IMG/VR virus record: IMGVR_UViG_3300045988_106851
Location: 11,316-75,315 of that record
DNA: 64,000 nt
Reading direction: 5' to 3' (one strand)
Origin: a virus
Positions 60,495 to 64,000 of the stretch are shown piece after piece; within the stretch, counting starts at the first letter, position 1; every line of letters starts with the position of its first letter. The position numbers and the translations under genes are program-made. The notes under the pieces were generated by a model. It ran no database searches and was not told where the DNA came from. It saw only the letters and a program-made list of their open reading frames with translations.

Positions 60495-61421
60495 TTATTC
60501 CTTCTTTATTTTTTCAATATAAGGAGCAAATACCTTGGCAAACTCTTTGTATGTCTCAAGCATCCAGGCAAACAGCGGTTGCCAATCAGCTTGCTCATAC
60601 CCACCGTTATCATAATTCGTAACGGATATAACGCTCGCCTTGTTATCCTCGGCCAAATTCCATTGCAACTGGCGGCCAAATTGCTTATTGATAACCTCCT
60701 TGTCTTTCTCAATCATTCGGAAATGCCGCTTATTGTCATTCTTGTCAGAGCCGTCAAGCAGTAACCGCACAGACACAGAGCCTTTGCGCACATAGAAGTC
60801 GAAGTGGGCTTTAGTCGTATTTATAAATATCGTAAAACTGTGATATGAGTGCGGCACCCTTTGCAGTTTCACGCCATTCGTATTTGCATATTCACAAAGG
60901 CATGACCAAAAGTCAAAAATTTTCTGCTCTTTTTCTGACAGTTGTGTCGGCTCGCCCTTTTCTTTTTCCGGGGCACAAACAATATCGAACAATATGGCTG
61001 GTTTAGAATCTCCGATGCTTAGTGCCGTAGCTTCTATCAGGTAGAAGTTGCACTGGATAGTAGAGTCGTTAAGCATCTGAATGGCACTGACATGCTCGGC
61101 TCTCGCTTTCTCAACAATCCAAACAGCGTATTGTGCGCGATGGTGTGCAGCATACGTTATCACCTTGCCCAAGTGGTCTGAATTGCTGTCCCCGAACTGA
61201 TTTTCAATGATGATGCGGCTCTCCCCATCATCACCAGCCTTGGCCACAATGTCTACTTTCATGGTTTCCAACTTGTGTTCTTTCTCTGCCTCGGATATAT
61301 TAATCCCGAGTTTTTCTGATAGCAAGCCTATATTCTTTGTAAGCCAAGGGGTGAAGCCAGTTGCCTCACCATCGAAAATTTCCTTCAAGGAGTGGGGCTC
61401 TATGCGGTCTATCTCTCTCAT
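60495..61421 (-). CDS. PD-(D/E)xK (NucS-like) nuclease N-terminus plus DUF4268-like C-terminus
   Basis: KVDIVAKAGDDGESRIIIENQFGDSNSDHLGKVITYAA. Confidence 0.65.
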   Translation of the reverse strand: MREIDRIEPHSLKEIFDGEATGFTPWLTKNIGLLSEKLGINISEAEKEHKLETMKVDIVAKAGDDGESRIIIENQFGDSNSDHLGKVITYAAHHRAQYAVWIVEKARAEHVSAIQMLNDSTIQCNFYLIEATALSIGDSKPAILFDIVCAPEKEKGEPTQLSEKEQKIFDFWSCLCEYANTNGVKLQRVPHSYHSFTIFINTTKAHFDFYVRKGSVSVRLLLDGSDKNDNKRHFRMIEKDKEVINKQFGRQLQWNLAEDNKASVISVTNYDNGGYEQADWQPLFAWMLETYKEFAKVFAPYIEKIKKE

Positions 61422-62002
61422 TTGCCGATATACTTTTTTCCTTCACTAATAACAATGCCTTTGTAGCTTCCAAGAGCTTTCTCCCCTAAAATAGTGTATC
61501 TGCCTCTGCTTTTTGGGCTTATATAGATATTGTTCATGCCGCTTGTCTCTTTATTATATTCTTCAAGGAATATTCCGTTCAACCCACTGTCCAAAGGAGT
61601 TATTAAGTCCTTCTCGTATTTTTTATTGTCCTCGGTATTAACGTATTTAATAACGATAATCCATTGGTTCGTCTTGCTTCTGTAAATACTCTCACTATCA
61701 TTTACACAAGTATATCCACCAGGAACGCACGCCCACCCATACTGTAGTCTAAAGTTATACTTTTCTATCTTAAATAACGAACAATTATCCCTCGCATTAA
61801 TAATCTCAAAGCTATACATTCGTATGTTTAGAACTCTCTCAGTCAAAGTTATGGAGAAAGTGAAGGCATCATGATACCTTCCGTCTTCTACCACATAGTC
61901 TTGATATTTCTCAATCCTAACTTTTATTTTGTCATTCAAATTTTGTGCGAAAGCATGGGCTGATACTATCAGCATCACACAGATAAAAATTACCTTCTTC
62001 AT
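61418..62002 (-). CDS. secreted protein (signal peptide)
   Basis: MKKVIFICVMLIVSAHAFA-QN; ATGA overlap with the nuclease gene. Confidence 0.5.
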   Translation of the reverse strand: MKKVIFICVMLIVSAHAFAQNLNDKIKVRIEKYQDYVVEDGRYHDAFTFSITLTERVLNIRMYSFEIINARDNCSLFKIEKYNFRLQYGWACVPGGYTCVNDSESIYRSKTNQWIIVIKYVNTEDNKKYEKDLITPLDSGLNGIFLEEYNKETSGMNNIYISPKSRGRYTILGEKALGSYKGIVISEGKKYIGK

Positions 62003-62025
62003 GTCTTAAGATTTGGTTCTTGCTG

Positions 62026-62033
62026 CAAAGGTA
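62026..62033 (-). promoter_or_regulatory. -7 promoter box TACCTTTG (minus strand) for the moron
   Basis: About 24 nt upstream of ATG 62002. Confidence 0.5.
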
Positions 62034-62190
62034 CTGAAAAACCGCTTACTATTATATTATATATTGTATTTTTTCACGACAGAAAGGTGCCAAGACTTCC
62101 AAAACAAGGATGTCTTTTACCAAAAGCTAAACAAAGCTAACGGCGCAAATAATTGCATATCAACAACTTGCACGTTTAAGACATTATTAT

Positions 62191-62198
62191 TATCTTTG
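62191..62198 (+). promoter_or_regulatory. -7 promoter box TATCTTTG
   Basis: Followed by CGGTATAATAAATAA. Confidence 0.5.
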
Positions 62199-62356
62199 CG
62201 GTATAATAAATAACAATACAAAATACGAGAACAATAATGAGAACAAACTTTTATATGGAAGTAGGAGAAGAGGCTTACACATCAATGTACGAGTTCTAAC
62301 AATTCATAGGTTTCGACGAGGACATGACCAAGAAGGAAACCAGCAAACTCTAATAT

Positions 62357-62542
62357 TTGGCATTATTTAAAAAGCAAATTATGACAAGAGAACAGGAAAT
62401 TCAGATATTACAATCACTCAAAGGAGATACCTACTTCGCACAGAAGTATGGACAGGACATTGACCAAATGTGCCAGAACATAAGCAACGACTTCCCAATC
62501 GAATTTGACTGCCAATTCATGGCGAATGAGAAAGCCTTGTAA
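62357..62542 (+). CDS. hypothetical small protein
   Basis: ORF track; in-frame open reading continues after TAA to 62752. Confidence 0.35.
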   Translation: MALFKKQIMTREQEIQILQSLKGDTYFAQKYGQDIDQMCQNISNDFPIEFDCQFMANEKAL

Positions 62543-62767
62543 GAGCAACTTAAAGCACAGCAAGCTGCCTCGAAAGACAGGCTGTTATCATTCGCGCATG
62601 ATATTATCCTTGCGATGAGTGGCTGCGATGATGAGATATATCAGACGGTTGAAGGTTACATCGGAAAAGATGAGATTATCAAGTTCAAGCACTCGCAAGG
62701 CATAGAACTTAATGATGATGAGATTGATTATCTGGTAAAGAAATTAAAATAAACAACAAACTTTGGC

Positions 62768-62977
62768 ATGGAAATAAATCACTACGTAGCGTGGATGCAC
62801 TTCCACGGGGACAGGACGGCACGCTTTCAAGGCTTTGCCGAGAGCGAGGAAGAATTTAAGCGGATGTGTGAAGAAAAGAACTTCGACATCTCCGAGGCGG
62901 ACGAGATAGAGTGCGTCAGGCGTAACGTGAGAGGCCTCTTGGGCAGACATTGCAAAAAAAGCGTGTCTGAGTGGTAG
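62768..62977 (+). CDS. hypothetical small protein
   Basis: ORF track. Confidence 0.35.
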   Translation: MEINHYVAWMHFHGDRTARFQGFAESEEEFKRMCEEKNFDISEADEIECVRRNVRGLLGRHCKKSVSEW

Positions 62978-63025
62978 CCACTCTAAGAAGAGCGCAATGG
63001 ATTATCCCCTTAATGAAAAATAAAC

Positions 63026-63322
63026 ATGAACCTTACAGATAATGATTACCAAGAACTTGTCGACCAAATCTATGAAGGTGGAGAAATGGCTTGTCTTGAT
63101 GGTGATGAGTGTCTCGAGGTGTTCTATGACTATGAGGAAGAAGGCTATGAGGAAAACGACTTCAACTTAGGTTGCGGCAACGGCACAGGAGCATGGGTAA
63201 CTACGGCGGTGAACTTATGTGTTAACAGGTGGTCATGTACGGATGAAGACGGCAATGAGACTGATTGCGACTTCGATGAATGTAAGCTTCAAGACTACTT
63301 GACAGAAATGAGAGTTGGATAA
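63026..63322 (+). CDS. hypothetical acidic Cys-containing protein
   Basis: ORF track. Confidence 0.35.
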   Translation: MNLTDNDYQELVDQIYEGGEMACLDGDECLEVFYDYEEEGYEENDFNLGCGNGTGAWVTTAVNLCVNRWSCTDEDGNETDCDFDECKLQDYLTEMRVG

Positions 63323-63323
63323 T

Positions 63324-63485
63324 ATGAAAGAGCGGATAAGAAAGTTTGGCGAGCTCAACGGCTGGCGTGGTTGCATGGGGTTGTATTTCACGCAAAAACA
63401 GCTTCGAACATTGAAGCAATATGGAATAACTGCGGCAACGACGCTTGAAGAAGCGTACAATGTTATTAAAAACGATAAACTTTAA
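63324..63485 (+). CDS. hypothetical small protein (53 aa)
   Basis: Own translation MKERIRKFGELNGWRGCMGLYFTQKQLRTLKQYGITAATTLEEAYNVIKNDKL*. Confidence 0.3.
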   Translation: MKERIRKFGELNGWRGCMGLYFTQKQLRTLKQYGITAATTLEEAYNVIKNDKL

Positions 63486-63489
63486 TACT

Positions 63490-63771
63490 ATGATAACAAT
63501 ACCACAATCAAACGCAAGGGAGCAAGCGGAAAATGAGCTTGCACAATGGGTTATTGATAACACTAAAGACAGGAAACGCGTACAGATATTGCAACGCACA
63601 GAAGGCTGTTGCGCTGGCAACTGGTGTGGTAATTTACCGTATGGGGATTGGCACAAGGCTTCTTTCGAGGCCGTTGATGCCGTAATTAGGGAGTTTCGCA
63701 AGCAAGGATGGCTGGTAACGGAAAGATGTTCTTTGAGATACCCGACAGCATGGATAACTTTTGAAAGATAA
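63490..63771 (+). CDS. hypothetical small protein
   Basis: ORF track 63445..63771, ATG 63490. Confidence 0.35.
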   Translation: MITIPQSNAREQAENELAQWVIDNTKDRKRVQILQRTEGCCAGNWCGNLPYGDWHKASFEAVDAVIREFRKQGWLVTERCSLRYPTAWITFER

Positions 63772-63776
63772 ACAAG

Positions 63777-63971
63777 ATGAAAGAATACACAATTATTGGA
63801 GTTGAAGGCAAAGCCTTTGCCATTATGGGATATGTTGTCCGTGCCATGAAACTCGAACACAAATCAAAAGAGGAAATCGACACATACATAAGAGATGCAA
63901 AATCCTCGGATTATACACATCTAATTGCCGTGTCTATGGATATGTGCGAAGAACTTAACAACAAGAGATAA
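63777..63971 (+). CDS. hypothetical small protein
   Basis: ORF track. Confidence 0.35.
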   Translation: MKEYTIIGVEGKAFAIMGYVVRAMKLEHKSKEEIDTYIRDAKSSDYTHLIAVSMDMCEELNNKR

Positions 63972-64000
63972 TATGAAAAGCATCTACCACATTCACAAGT

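Larger units (their letters stand above)
1..64000. mobile_element. temperate siphovirus-like phage or prophage, Bacteroidota host; both ends lie outside the window
   Basis: Integrase, S24 repressor, RecT/Exo, capsid-tail-lysis operon; TAnnTTTG promoter boxes; no host housekeeping genes. Confidence 0.85.

Noticed and set aside
62357-62752. In-frame TAA at 62540-62542 with the reading frame open for another 69 codons (possible readthrough or nonsense mutation)
   Set aside because: I cannot distinguish this from two adjacent small ORFs, and no recognisable domain spans the stop. It is worth only a glance in read data.
1-64000. CRISPR arrays, tRNA/tmRNA genes, rRNA, reverse transcriptase/DGR, retrons
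   Set aside because: I found no regularly spaced repeats, no tRNA T-arm or acceptor signatures in the non-coding gaps, and no ORF with RT motifs. Manual scanning is imperfect, so tRNAscan/Infernal should confirm this.

Overview
The whole window is phage DNA. It looks like a temperate, siphovirus-like phage or prophage of a Bacteroidota host (Bacteroides/Prevotella-like), judged from many TAnnTTTG -7 promoter boxes and a Bacteroidota-type tyrosine integrase. No host flank is visible.

Layout:
- 1-2.2 kb (minus): ParB-fused N6/N4 methyltransferase, DUF4417, DnaA-C-like HTH.
- 2.3-14.5 kb (plus): accessory/early operon with a wHTH protein, HU, many small ORFs, a DUF1599 protein, a cytosine-5 methyltransferase locus, a GNAT, a Panacea antitoxin with a membrane-toxin candidate, and DUF4177.
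- 14.5-16.6 kb (minus): integrase and a LexA/cI-like repressor.
- 16.7-19.6 kb (plus): excisionase-like HTH, RecT and a YqaJ exonuclease.
- 19.6-25.6 kb (minus): accessory operons of unknown function.
- 26.3-54.2 kb (minus): late operon running scaffold, major capsid, connectors, major tail protein, chaperone with -1 frameshift site, 1713-aa tape measure, Dit/Tal, fibres, holin, GH19 endolysin.
- 54.4-64 kb (plus): early genes including an SSB-like protein, VRR-NUC and a BRO-N/KilAC antirepressor, interrupted by an oppositely oriented DUF4268-nuclease moron.
- No terminase, portal, tRNA, CRISPR array or reverse transcriptase is seen.

Most unusual locus (7.86-11.98 kb): a circularly permuted C5-methyltransferase core (motifs IX-X, then I-VIII) flanked by 14 short, translationally coupled mini-ORFs. 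Each mini-ORF looks like a stand-alone target-recognition domain. The core frame is broken by a perfect 16-nt tandem duplication. Three of the mini-ORFs are broken at poly-G tracts that are each one G too long. This could be a switchable multi-specificity self-methylation (anti-restriction) system, a decaying gene, or assembly error.

Other leads:
- A three-way RNA switch upstream of the antirepressor gene.
- A PanA-like toxin-antitoxin pair.
- An abrupt composition break inside the Tal gene.
- A second fibre set nested in the lysis cassette.

All family assignments come from reading motifs by eye. No searches were run.
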